Origin: Vulcanimicrobiota bacterium
GTDB lineage: Bacteria; Vulcanimicrobiota; Vulcanimicrobiia; Vulcanimicrobiales; Vulcanimicrobiaceae
Direction of reading: 5' to 3'
Length of the DNA: 64,000 nucleotides
Assembly (NCBI GenBank): GCA_963714015.1
Contig: OY970223.1
Coordinates: 1,920,001 to 1,984,000 of the forward strand
Part shown: positions 21,252 through 31,862 of the stretch, in pieces
Layout: each line of letters begins with the position of its first letter
How positions within the stretch are numbered: the first letter of the stretch is position 1
Made by a program: the position numbers and the translations under genes
Notes under the pieces: model-generated
The model's input: the letters and a program-made list of their open reading frames with translations, nothing else
Told to the model about the DNA's origin: nothing
Databases searched by the model: none

Positions 21252-23238
21252 TCAATGCATATATGTTTCCACCCACCGTAAGATGTCCGAGTAATACCGG
21301 TCGATTTGCACCGGCCGGCTCGGCGAATGATGGGCACCCGGCAGCCCGACGAAACGAACCGGAACGTGACGATCGGCCAGGTCGTGATACAGCTCGAACG
21401 ACTCGCTGATGGGCACCGTCTGGTCCGCCGTCCCGGAAAGGATCAACGTCGGCGTGGTGATTTGGTTTGCGTACGTAATCGGCGATCCGCTTACGTACAG
21501 CGGGGCCACCGCCGGATCGGTCGGCGTTCCTCCGAGCGAATCGCGAGTCCATGCGAGGTTGCCGGCCGCGGAAAGATCGTACTCCTCGCGCCAGTCGATC
21601 GCGCCGTCTGCGACGACCGCACAGCGCCAGATATGTTCGTGTCCGACGAGCCACGTCGTCATGTAACCGCCGTATGAATGGCCGACGACGGCTATGCGCG
21701 CGGTGTCTACGGCGCCGGTTTTCTCGAGTGCGGCAATACCCGACATGACGTCGCTTCCGGGTCCCACGCCCGGATCGGCGAAGATCGCGTGTTCGTGCTC
21801 GTTCCCTAAGTCGTCGCTGCCGCGATAGTTCGGTTCGAACACGATGTATCCGGCGGCCGTCAAGCCGTAACGCAGACGCCCGATTTCCTGATCGCCGAAC
21901 GTCTGCTGCGACTGTGCCTCGGGTCCGCCGTGACTATAGACGACCATCGGATACCGGTGGCCGGGCTGATAGCCGACCGGATACGTCACGATGCCGTCCG
22001 AGCGTTCACCGTCCGGAGCGGTCCACTGCAGCACGCTGCTTCGTCCGTACGTATAGTGCAAGAATGCGGAATTCAGCGAGGTAAGCTTTACCGGCAGAAC
22101 ACCGGGCGTCGCCATGTAGTACAGACTCTTTCGGTGTCGACGCATTGCTGCCGACGAAGGCAATGGCGCCGGACCGGCCCACGTCAAACTCCGCGACGGA
22201 GACGTTGCCGAGATCGATCCGCTTCGCGTTTCCGTTGACGGGCTGCTGCCAAAGTCCGACGGTCGTGCGATCGTCCGCCATGGCGATCAAACTTTTTCCG
22301 TCCGGCATCCATTGAGCTTGCAGGACGTCGCGATCCAGCCGTCCGCTGACGTCGTTGTCGCCGTTGAAGACGTTCATGACGCTGACCGGTCCGGGACCGT
22401 GCGGATAGATATACTGCACTTGCGGGCCGGCCGGCGAGAACTGCGGCTGATATTCGTATTTCGGGTGGTTGGTGAGCATGCGCACTGCGCCGGTGCGCAC
22501 GTCTGCGATTGCGATGCGCGTGCGGTCCGAATCGCTCTCGTCGGCGTCGGCTTGCTGCGCGAACGCAATCGATCTTTCGTCTCGCGACCACGACGGATCG
22601 CTCGGAGCGCCGACGAAGGGCGGCGCCGCCTCGAGCACGCTCCACGTACCCTCGGTCAAGCGTCGCGCGTTTCCACCGCCGGACGAAACGATCCACAAGT
22701 GCGAGGGCTGCGGCGGTCCGTCGGTCAGATAGCCGTCGTCGTGGATGTCGAACAGGTCGTCGTGGCGCTTCTGGGCGGCCGCGTTCATCGGATCGTCCTC
22801 GGTCACGTAAACGAACGTCTTGCCGTCCGGACTGAGCGCATATTGCTCGACGCCGTTCTTGGCGTTCGAAATTTGACGAGGCGCTCCGCCCGAAGATCGG
22901 ACAGTGAAGATCTGGTCCTGCTTGTTGCGCCCTTGCGCGACGTATGTGACGCCGTCGCCGGTCGGAGTCCATTTCGGCGACGAAATATCGGTCGACGGCT
23001 TCGTCAGCGAATGCATCGCGCCGGTTGCGACGTCGATGACTTCCAGCGTCGTAAGATGCTTGTCGGCGGAGAGATTCGTAACGGTCTTCAAGAACGCGAC
23101 GCGTCTGCCGTCCGGAGATACGGCTGGCGCCGAAATGCCGATCAGCGCGTTGAACGCCGGCATCGTTATCGGTTTGGCTGCGGCGGCCATCGGCAGAAGG
23201 GCAGGCAGCACAGCAAGTGCGAGGATGCGGTTCTTCAT
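21252..23238 (-). CDS. Secreted S9 family peptidase, frameshifted near 22125-22130
   Basis: Signal peptide and beta-propeller (SPDG repeats) in one frame. HGGP, GHSYGG, DQTVP, GAHH in the next. Confidence 0.9.
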
Positions 23239-23346
23239 GCCGCGATTATTGCACTTTACCGAACGGACCTACTGCCATGGAGGCCGATTGCCGAGCCTTT
23301 AGAGCTCGGTGTCCGGCGAGCGGCATACAGGGGCACTAGAGCCGGT

Positions 23347-24036
23347 ATGCCGGCCCTGAAAATCTTGATTGCGGAGGACGACCCCGCGATACGCGAACTG
23401 CTCACGCATCATCTCGAGCGTGAAGCGTTCGACGTGCTTGCCGTGGGCGACGGAAATGCAGCCCTTCGTGCCGCACGCGCAGTCGCGGACGTGGTGATTT
23501 TGGACGTCGGCTTGCCGGCAGTGGACGGTTTCGAAGTGGCTCGGGCGCTGCGACGCGAGAAGTGCGAGATCCCGATCATCATGCTGACGGCGCGGGCGGA
23601 GGAGATCGATCGCGTCGTGGGATTCGAGCTCGGCGCCGACGATTACATCGTCAAACCGTTTTCGCCCCGCGAAGTCGTCGCGCGCGTGAAAGCACTGATG
23701 CGCCGCGTCGGTCAAGCCGACGATCGTCCGCCGTCGCTTCTCACGTTCGGGCGCTTGGAGATCGACGAAGCCGCGCGCGAGGTGCGCGTGGACGGAACGA
23801 ACATCAAACTGAAGCCGCGCGAATTCGGACTGCTGTTGGCGCTTGCCGGCAATCCCGGCGTCGCGCTCTCGCGCCGCACGCTCGTCGAAAAAGTCTGGGG
23901 CTTCGACTTCGAGGGCGACGAGCGAACGGTCGACGTGCACATCCGCCGGGTCCGCTCGAAAATCGAAGAGGAATGCAACTTGCCGCGCATGCTCCACACG
24001 GTGCATGGATTCGGCTATAAATTCGCGCGTTCGTAA
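23347..24036 (+). CDS. OmpR/PhoB family response regulator
   Basis: ILIAEDD, GADDYIVKPF, ERTVDVHIRRVR, TVHGFGYK. Confidence 0.95.
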   Translation: MPALKILIAEDDPAIRELLTHHLEREAFDVLAVGDGNAALRAARAVADVVILDVGLPAVDGFEVARALRREKCEIPIIMLTARAEEIDRVVGFELGADDYIVKPFSPREVVARVKALMRRVGQADDRPPSLLTFGRLEIDEAAREVRVDGTNIKLKPREFGLLLALAGNPGVALSRRTLVEKVWGFDFEGDERTVDVHIRRVRSKIEEECNLPRMLHTVHGFGYKFARS

Positions 24037-24040
24037 GAGC

Positions 24041-25181
24041 GTGAGAAGAAGCACCAAGGCGCTAGGTCTTCACGCGCTGCGCGCGCCGCTCGGCGCCGCG
24101 GTTACGGCCGCGCCGGTCCCACTGCTCGCGCTGCGCTTACCTGAATTCGAGCGTATCGCGTGGCGCGACGGCAAGCCCGCGGCAAAAAGACTCGAGCAGC
24201 AGATCGCGCGTACGTTCGTCAACGCTTCAGCGCGGTTGCTGCGTGCCGGAGATTTGATCGGGCACGATCCGGGCAGCGACGTCTTCGTCATTGCAATGGC
24301 AGCGCCGGCCCGCGGGCGTCCCGCGCCCTCGCCCGCCGATTGCCGCATGGTGCTGGAGCGCGTTGCAGCAGCGCTGTCGTCAAGAGACGTCCGCGTGGAA
24401 AGCGGGTGGACCGTTCTGCAGCATTTTGACGCCGGCACGCCGGTAGAGGCGTGCGTTGCTCGCGCTCTCGAACGCGGCGCGCGCGAGCGCGAACGCTACG
24501 AATTTTTCGCGGCGATCGGACATGAACTGCGCACTCCGCTCACGCTCTATTCGAGGATATCTGGAGACGCTCATCGAGAGTGAGGTCGACCCGGTCACGG
24601 CGCGTCGTTTTCTGCAGACCGCCCAGCGGGAAGCGCTGCGAATGGGACGTTTACTCGAGGGCATGTTCGAGTTTTCGCTGCTGGATCTCTCGGCGGGCGC
24701 GCTGCTCGGCCGGACTTGCGACATTGCGGCGCAGATGGAGTCGGCATGCGAGATCGTTCGCCCGCTCGCGAAGTCCCGCCGGGTCCATCTGCGTGTCGAA
24801 TTGTGCGAGGCGGCCGAAGTGCTGATCGACCCGGATGCCGCTCTCCAGCTGCTCGTCAATTTAATGGATAACGCCGTCAAGCACGGACGCGAGGATGGTG
24901 TGGTGCGAGTTGCGGCCCTTGCAACTGAAGCCGAGGTCCGTGTGCTGGTGGACGACGACGGTCCCGGCGTCACGCCTGCGGAACGCGAATCGATCTTCGG
25001 CTTGCGCGTGCGGGGTTCGCAAGCTTCGGCGCGCCCGGGGACCGGCATCGGCCTTGCCATCGTAAAGATGATAGCCGAGAGCGCCGGGGGCCGCGTGTGC
25101 GTTGCGGAGTCGCCTCTCGGCGGCGCGCGCTTTGAGGCTTGGCTGCCTCGGCGAGCGGAATCGGAAGCGCGCGCGTCGTAG
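24041..25181 (+). CDS. Cytoplasmic sensor histidine kinase, frameshifted near 24545
   Basis: HELRTPLT / SIRGYLETL split across frames. NLMDNAVKH, DDGPG, GTGIGLAIV. Confidence 0.88.
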
Positions 25182-25191
25182 ACTTACGCCC

Positions 25192-25515
25192 GTGGAAACA
25201 CGGTTCGCGCATCGCAGCGAAGCTGAATTCGCCGGTCTTCTGGACTTTTATCAGGTCGAATGGGTTTACGAACCTTGCAGTTTTCCAATTGTGCGCGACG
25301 AGCACGGCAAGGCTCGCGAGTGGTTCACTCCCGATTTCTATCTGCCGCAGTTCGACCTCTTCATCGAAATGACGGTGCAGAGTCCGCGCCTGCAATCCCG
25401 TAAGAACCGCAAAATGCGGTTGCTGCGGGAAGCATTTCCCGACGTTGCGATCAAACTCTTTACGCGCCGCGACGTCGAGCGCGTGTTCTCCGGCAGATTG
25501 AGCCGCGCTTCGTGA
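25192..25515 (+). CDS. Small PD-(D/E)XK-like protein
   Basis: SEAEFA..W.YEP..FTPDFYLP..LFIEMT motif. Confidence 0.7.
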   Translation: METRFAHRSEAEFAGLLDFYQVEWVYEPCSFPIVRDEHGKAREWFTPDFYLPQFDLFIEMTVQSPRLQSRKNRKMRLLREAFPDVAIKLFTRRDVERVFSGRLSRAS

Positions 25516-25525
25516 GCGGCGCTGA

Positions 25526-26050
25526 GTGCTAGCCGAAAGGCTGTTCGACGAGGCGGCGATTCAGGCACGAGTGCGCGAGATCGGCGAATCGATCGCGCGC
25601 GATTACGCCGGCAAAAGGCCGATGATCGTGGGTGTGCTTACCAGCGCAGCCGTTTTCGTAGCCGATCTCACTCGCGCGATAGAAATTCCGTGCGAATTCG
25701 ACTTCATCGCGCTCTCGCGTTACGAAGGTGAGGCGCAGGCGGGACAGAGCATCGCCTTCGTCAAGGACACGTCGGCATCGGTCGAGGGGCGCCATGTCGT
25801 TCTCGTCGAGGACACTATCGACACGGGCCTGACCTTGCAGTATATTGCGAAGACACTGCGCGCACGTCAGCCGGCCTCGCTGGAGGTCTGCACGCTCTTG
25901 GACCGGCCGCACCGCCGAATTGCGAGAATCGAGCCCAAATACCGGGGCTTTCAGATTCCCGACGTTTTCGTCGTTGGGTACGGGCTCGATTATCTTGGAC
26001 GTTACCGGGAGTTACCCGAACTGTACGCGCACGGGAGTTGGCCCCAGTGA
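25526..26050 (+). CDS. hpt: Hypoxanthine phosphoribosyltransferase
   Basis: VVLVEDTIDTGLTL and FVVGYGLDY. Confidence 0.92.
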   Translation: MLAERLFDEAAIQARVREIGESIARDYAGKRPMIVGVLTSAAVFVADLTRAIEIPCEFDFIALSRYEGEAQAGQSIAFVKDTSASVEGRHVVLVEDTIDTGLTLQYIAKTLRARQPASLEVCTLLDRPHRRIARIEPKYRGFQIPDVFVVGYGLDYLGRYRELPELYAHGSWPQ

Positions 26051-27350
26051 GAAGGTTCTTCGCCGCGGTTTTCGCGCTCACATTGGTCTTGCCGCAAGCT
26101 TCTTCGGCACTGGACTTGCAGTCGATTCAGCGCGCGGCGCAAGACTATCAGAATCCCAACGTGCACCTGCAGGAGATGTATCGGGCGGCGCTGCTCGATA
26201 CGACGAAACTTGCGCAAGAAGCGCCCGACGGCACGGCGTACGTGGCTACCGGCGACATTCCGGCGGAGTGGCTTCGGGACTCGAGCGCGCAGGTTCGTCC
26301 CTACCTTTATTATGCCAGGACAGGATCCCACGATCCGGCAGCTGCTTCGCGGCATCATCGCGCGCCAAGCGAAGTATCTCCAGATCGATCCGTACGCGAA
26401 CGCCTTCACGCTCGACTATCGCGTCTGGGAGCAGAAGTTCGAACTCGACTCGCTGGCCTACCCGGTGACCTTGGCATGGAGCTGACTGGCATCAGACCGG
26501 CGACGCGTCGATCTTCACGGTCGACGAACAGAAAGCGTACGACGCAATCCTTGCGACGATGGAACGCGAACAAGACCACCCGCGCAATTCCACCTATACG
26601 CACAAAGAGCTCGCCGACGGCGGTAAAGGGCGGCCCGTCGCCTTCACCGGGATGATTTGGACCGGCTTTCGTCCTTCCGACGACGCGTGCTATTACAACT
26701 ATTTGATCCCTTCCGAGATGTTCGCCGTCGTCGCGTTGGGCGACATGGCGCAGATCGAGAGACAGGTCTATCACAACCTGATAAAAGCCCACGAAGCGCA
26801 GTCGCTGCGCGACGAGGTGCAGCGCGGAATTCAGCGTTACGGAATGGTACCGATCAAAAAGTACGGTTACATTTACGCGTATGAAGTGGACGGCCTTGGA
26901 CACGCGCAATTGACGGACGACGCGAATGTTCCAAGCCTGCTCTCGGCGCCGTATATCGGTTACACGACGGTGAACGATCGCTACTATCTGAACACGCGAG
27001 CCTTCCTGCTCTCGCAGGACAACCCGTCGTATTATTCCGGCGACGTCGCACGCGGAATCGGCAGCTACCACACGCCGGATCACTGGGTCTGGCCGCTCGC
27101 CCTCGTGATCGAAGGACTGACTGCCTCGTCGCAAGCCGAGAAGCAAGACGTGCTCAACCAGCTGCTCGCAAGCGATCCCGGCGATCATCTGCTGCACGAA
27201 TCGTTCGATCCGAACGACCCCAAGCGCTATACGCGCGAAGATTTCGGCTGGCCGAACGCGCTCTTCAGCGAATTCGTCATGACATCGTTTCAGGGTATAA
27301 GCCAGATTCCGATGGGAGACTCGTCCGATCTCCAATTCATGAATGAGTGA
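26047..27350 (+). CDS. Secreted glycoside hydrolase family 125, two frameshifts (~26320, ~26483)
   Basis: TGDIPAEWLRDS, DPYANAF, EQKFELDSL, FRPSDDA, DDANVPSLL and WPNALF spread over three frames. Confidence 0.88.
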
Positions 27351-28587
27351 CTCTTCAACCGATGATGGCGGCACAGGCGGCACTGCCGACATCATCGTGG
27401 GCATTCAGTGGGGCGATGAGGGCAAGGGGCGGGTCGTCGATTACTATGCCGGCGACTATGACGTCGTCGCGCGTTTCGGCGGCGGCGATAACGCCGGACA
27501 TTCCATACGCGTCGGCGATCGCAAACTTGCGCTGCGTATCGTACCTTCAGGCGTGCTGCAAGAGCGCTGCGAACTCTTCATCGGCGGCGGAACCGTCGTC
27601 AGCCTGGAAGGGCTCATTGCGGAAATCGAATCCCTGCAAGCTGCCGGCGTCGACCTGAAACGTCTGCGCATTTCCGATCGCGCGCAGGTGGTCTTTCCGT
27701 ATCACGCCGAGCAAGACCGTGCTTCGGAGGCTGCGCGCGGCGCACATGCGATAGGTACGACCGGCCGCGGAATCGGACCGGCTTACGTCGACAAAGCGGC
27801 GCGCATGGGCATCACGTTCGGCGATCTGCTGCGCAAAGACGCATTAGCGGACAAACTCCGGCTCAAAGGCGCGGAAGATCTCGTTGCCCCGACGCTCGAA
27901 GCGGCCGCACGGATCGCTTCGCACATCGTCGACGGCGTGGAGTATCTCCATGGCGCACTCCAAAACGGAAAGCGCGTGCTCATCGAGGGCGCGCAGGGAT
28001 CGCTGCTCGACGTCGGTTACGGCACGTATCCGTACGTTACCAGCTCTCACACCATCGCCGGCGGCGCATGCATCGGGCTTGGGCTTGGACCGACCGCGGT
28101 CGGACGAGTCGTTGGCGTGGTGAAGGCGTACTGCACGCGCGTCGGAGGCGGCCCCTTCCCATCCGAACTCCTCGACGAGACGGGCGAACGGCTGCGCGTC
28201 CAGGGAGGCGAGTTCGGAGTCGTAACCGGCCGGCCGCGGCGCTGCGGCTGGTTCGACGCCGTCGCCGCGCGGTATGCAACGCGCATCAACGGGCTGACTT
28301 CGGCCGTGGTCACGAAATTGGACGTGCTCGCGGGGTTCGAGCGCATCGGAATCGTAACGGGATATCGCTTGCACGATAAGCAGGCGACCTTCGCCGATGC
28401 GATTCAACCCGGCCTCACGGTAGACGTGGAGTACGCGGAAGGCTGGGCGGAAGATCTGAGCGACATTCGCCGGATCGCCGATTTACCAGCGGCGGCACGC
28501 GCCTACTTGGAGCGCATCCAAGCGGTCCTTGCGGTGCCCATCGAGTGCGTCTCTTTGGGGCCCGAACGCTCTCAACTCGCCCGTTAA
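27343..28587 (+). CDS. purA: Adenylosuccinate synthetase
   Basis: QWGDEGKG, GTTGRGIGPAY, EGAQG, TGRPRRCGW. Confidence 0.98.
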   Translation: MSDSSTDDGGTGGTADIIVGIQWGDEGKGRVVDYYAGDYDVVARFGGGDNAGHSIRVGDRKLALRIVPSGVLQERCELFIGGGTVVSLEGLIAEIESLQAAGVDLKRLRISDRAQVVFPYHAEQDRASEAARGAHAIGTTGRGIGPAYVDKAARMGITFGDLLRKDALADKLRLKGAEDLVAPTLEAAARIASHIVDGVEYLHGALQNGKRVLIEGAQGSLLDVGYGTYPYVTSSHTIAGGACIGLGLGPTAVGRVVGVVKAYCTRVGGGPFPSELLDETGERLRVQGGEFGVVTGRPRRCGWFDAVAARYATRINGLTSAVVTKLDVLAGFERIGIVTGYRLHDKQATFADAIQPGLTVDVEYAEGWAEDLSDIRRIADLPAAARAYLERIQAVLAVPIECVSLGPERSQLAR

Positions 28588-28613
28588 GTTTTGCATACCC
28601 CGAAATGTCTGCG

Positions 28614-28640
28614 TAAAGCGCTCTGCTTAACGTCCGATAC
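28614..28640 (+). promoter_or_regulatory. Sigma28 promoter for the fliF operon
   Basis: TAAA-N15-TCCGATAC. Confidence 0.7.
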
Positions 28641-28752
28641 TAGGTTAAGAAGTCGAGGCAATCCGGCATTGGGATTGCTTTGATACGCCGCCGGGCACGG
28701 ATGCCGGGTGCGCAGGCCATGGTCGGCCGCGTTGAGAGTTTAGGTGAACTAG

Positions 28753-30407
28753 TTGGATCGCATCACGTCGTCGTGGAACGATCTTGCCGGCCGGCTTAGA
28801 GCCCTGTGGAATGGTCAAAACGCCCAAAACCGCACGCTCATGGCCGGTATTGCTGGTGTCTTCGTCGTCGCGCTTGCGGCGATGATGGTTCTGTATGCGG
28901 TTCATCGTCCTTCGTACGAAGTGCTGTTCTCGAACCTCTCCGCGTCCGATGCAGCATCGGTCACGCAACATCTCAAAGATGACAAGGTCCCGTACCAACT
29001 CTCCGACGACGGCAAAACCGTGTACGTACCGTCCCAGAACCTCTCCGACGAGCGAGTTGCGATTGCCGGATCGAACGTCATCAAAGGCGCTTCTACCGGA
29101 TACGAGCTGTTCGATCGCACCAACTTCGGCATGACCGAGTTTGAAGAGAACATCGACAAGACGCGCGCGATCGAAGGTGAACTGGAACGCACGATCGGCG
29201 GCCTGGATCCCGTGGAAGCTGCGCGCGTACACATCGCAGCTCCCGACCAAACACTGTATTCTTCGGATCAGTCCGAGAGGACCGCCTCCGTCGCGCTGAC
29301 GCTCAAACCAGGCATGGATCTCACGCCGCAGCAGGTCGAAGGCATAACGATGCTCGTTTCGCATGCCGTCGCAGGGCTCAAACCCGAATCGGTCACCATC
29401 ATCGATCAGGACGGCCAAGTGCTCATTCCGGCTGCTGGTGCTTCGGCCGACTCGCCGGACCCGCTCAACCTGACGCAAGAACAGCTCGTTGCCAAACAGC
29501 GCTACGAGAGCGCGCTGCAGGCAAGCATTCAATCGATGCTCGATCAGACGCTGGGTCCGCGTCACGCCGTCGCTCGCGTTTCGACGAAGATGAATTTCGA
29601 CGCGAACACGACCGAGACGAAGACGTACGCGCCGCAAGGCACGGTGCTTTCTTCGCAGAGCAAACGCGAATCGTACAATGGAACCGGTCCGCGTCCGGCC
29701 GCTGCCGGCGTTCCGGGGACGACCAGCAACATTCCGACGTATCAAGCGCAGCAGCAAGGCGGAAACAGCCGCTACAACAAGTCGGAAACGACGACGAACT
29801 ACAACATTTCAGAGTCGAACACCAAGCACATCGACGCTCCCGGCAAAGTGATGCAGACCAGCGTCGCCGTCGTTCTCAACAGCGCAACCGCCGCCGCGAC
29901 CGGCGGACCGCGCGCGCAGCAGCCGTATCAAATTACGCCCGCGATGCGCCAGCAAGTGCAGAATCTCGTCGTCGCCGCAGCCGATTTGAATCTGAACAAC
30001 GGCGATCAAGTTTCGGTCGAGGCCATTCCGTTCAATCCGATGGTTACGGGCACGCCCGGCCTCGGCAATGCCGCTCCGGCCGCGGGACGATGCTCGGGAT
30101 TCCGGTTTGGGCGCTGATCGCCGTGCTGGGAGCCGGCGCACTGCTCGGATTCGGTCTGCTGATGGGCCGTATGCGCCGCCGTTCGTTCAAGCCGGCGATG
30201 GAATTGCCGTCGTTCGACTCGACGCTCGCTGAAGAGCTGCCGCCGTTCGAAGAGCATCCGATGCTCGACGGCGCGCCCGGCATCGCCGCACCGATTCGTT
30301 CGGCAGCCGATCTGACGCGCGAACAGATGATCGAGTACGTCACGACGGTTGCTCAAGAGAATCCGGACAGCATCGCCAAACTCGTGAAATTGTGGTTAGC
30401 GGAATGA
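28753..30407 (+). CDS. fliF: Flagellar M-ring protein, frameshifted near 30085
   Basis: GYELFD..FGMTEFE, RAIEGELERTI, ARVHI. Second TM and ENPDSIAKLVKLWL lie in the next frame. Confidence 0.95.
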
Positions 30408-30424
30408 ATAAGATGAAATCATCG

Positions 30425-30589
30425 CGGCGCCCTCGGGGAGTGAACGAATCTCCCCGGCGCCCTCGGGGAGTGAACGAATCTCCCCGGCGCCCTCGGGGAG
30501 TGAACGAATCTCCCCGGCGCCCTCGGGGAGTGAACGAATCTCCCCGGCGCCCTCGGGGAGTGAACGAATCTCCCCGGCGCCCTCGGGGA
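30425..30589. repeat. 30-bp perfect tandem repeat, 5.5 copies
   Basis: Unit CGGCGCCCTCGGGGAGTGAACGAATCTCCC. Forms CTCCCCG/CGGGGAG hairpins. No spacers. Confidence 0.97.
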
Positions 30590-30635
30590 ATCTTTGGTTT
30601 GCCGGAATGCATTACGCGCCTTGAGCTTCTCGGGG

Positions 30636-30690
30636 GCCCCGGCGCTTTGCGCTGGGGGGCGCGGAGGCTCAGAGCGGAGCGCCTTTTAAA
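30636..30690 (+). repeat. Dispersed two-hairpin element, copy 2 (before fliG)
   Basis: CCCCGGCGC-TTT-GCGCTGGGG GGCGC-GGAG-GCTCAGAGC-GGA-GCGCC-TTTTAAA-ATG. Confidence 0.8.
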
Positions 30691-31770
30691 ATGGAATCGC
30701 CAATCGTCAATTTGAGCGACGTGCCCAGCGATCTGCCGGATCCGGGATTCGCGCTCGGCAATTTCGGTTCCATCGACGTATCGGGCCCCGAAAAGGCTGC
30801 GATTCTGATCATCACGCTGGGACTCGAACTCTCGGCGACGATCTTCAAGTTCTTGCGGCAAGACGAAGTCGAGCGCATCGTGCTGGAGATCGCGAAGATC
30901 TCGACCGTGCCGCTCGAGAAGCGCGATTCCGTAATTACGGAAGCGTATCAGCGCGCCATAGCGCTCAAGTATATCAACGAAGGCGGCATCGAGTACGCAA
31001 AGGAGATTCTCGAGCGCTCGTTCGGCGCGGGCCAAGCCGACGACATGACGAACCGGCTGTTCGCTGCGCTCAAGCACGGCAATCCGCTGGAGCTGATCAA
31101 GAAGACCGAACCGGCGCAGTTGCTGCAGTTCATCCAAGACGAGCATCCGCAGACGATCGCGCTCATTCTCGTGTACATGGCGCCCGACCAAGCCGGCGCG
31201 GTACTTTCGGCGCTTCCGCCGGAGCTGCAAGCCGAAGTGGCGATGCGCATTGCAATCCTTCAGAAGACCGCGCCCGAGGTGTTGGAACAATTGGACGAAC
31301 TGCTCGGACGCCGGCTGCTCGTCAGCGGGGCCGATTTTGCCAAAGCCGGCGGCGTTCAATCGCTCGCGAACGTCATGGGATTCGTGGATCGCGAGACCGA
31401 GAAAAACATTCTCGAAGGTCTCTCCAAGCGCGATCCGGAGCTTGCGACCGAGGTCAAGAACCTGCTCTTCGTCTTCGAAGACATCGTCAATCTGGACGAC
31501 CGTTCTATCCAGCGCATCCTCAAAGAAGTCGAAGGCAAGGATCTTGCGCTCGCGCTCAAGGCCTCAAATGACGACATGCTGGCGCGAGTCTTCAAGAACA
31601 TGTCCTCGCGCGCCGCTCAAACGCTGCGCGAAGAGATCGAGCTGCTCGGCCCGACGCGCATGCGCGAAGTCGGCAAGGCGCAGCAGGCAATCGTCGACGT
31701 GATTCGGACGCTCGAAGAGAACGGCCAAATCGTCATCGCGCGCGGCGCCAAAGACGAGAAGCTCGTTTGA
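30691..31770 (+). CDS. fliG: Flagellar motor switch protein
   Basis: EKAAIL, GGIEYA, EHPQTIAL, FVFEDI, NMSSRAA. Confidence 0.97.
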   Translation: MESPIVNLSDVPSDLPDPGFALGNFGSIDVSGPEKAAILIITLGLELSATIFKFLRQDEVERIVLEIAKISTVPLEKRDSVITEAYQRAIALKYINEGGIEYAKEILERSFGAGQADDMTNRLFAALKHGNPLELIKKTEPAQLLQFIQDEHPQTIALILVYMAPDQAGAVLSALPPELQAEVAMRIAILQKTAPEVLEQLDELLGRRLLVSGADFAKAGGVQSLANVMGFVDRETEKNILEGLSKRDPELATEVKNLLFVFEDIVNLDDRSIQRILKEVEGKDLALALKASNDDMLARVFKNMSSRAAQTLREEIELLGPTRMREVGKAQQAIVDVIRTLEENGQIVIARGAKDEKLV

Positions 31771-31814
31771 TGCGCTCGATCGAGATCGCGTCCTGCTGTA
31801 GACGGCAGGCTTCG

Positions 31815-31862
31815 GCCCTGCTCGCTCGGGGGCGCGGAGGCTAGGCCGCAGCGCCTTTCCAA
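31815..31862 (+). repeat. Dispersed two-hairpin element, copy 3 (before fliH; first hairpin degenerate)
   Basis: GGGGGCGC-GGA-GGCTAGGCC-GCA-GCGCC-TTTCCAA-ATG. Confidence 0.7.

Noticed and set aside
22312..23346. 574-aa response regulator, 366-aa Ppa and 576-aa TrpE in the ORF track
   Set aside because: The N-terminal extensions are antisense shadows of neighbouring genes in GC-rich DNA.
30425..30589. CRISPR array or CsrB-like sponge
   Set aside because: Identical contiguous units with no spacers and no cas genes. The GGA motifs lie in stems, not loops.
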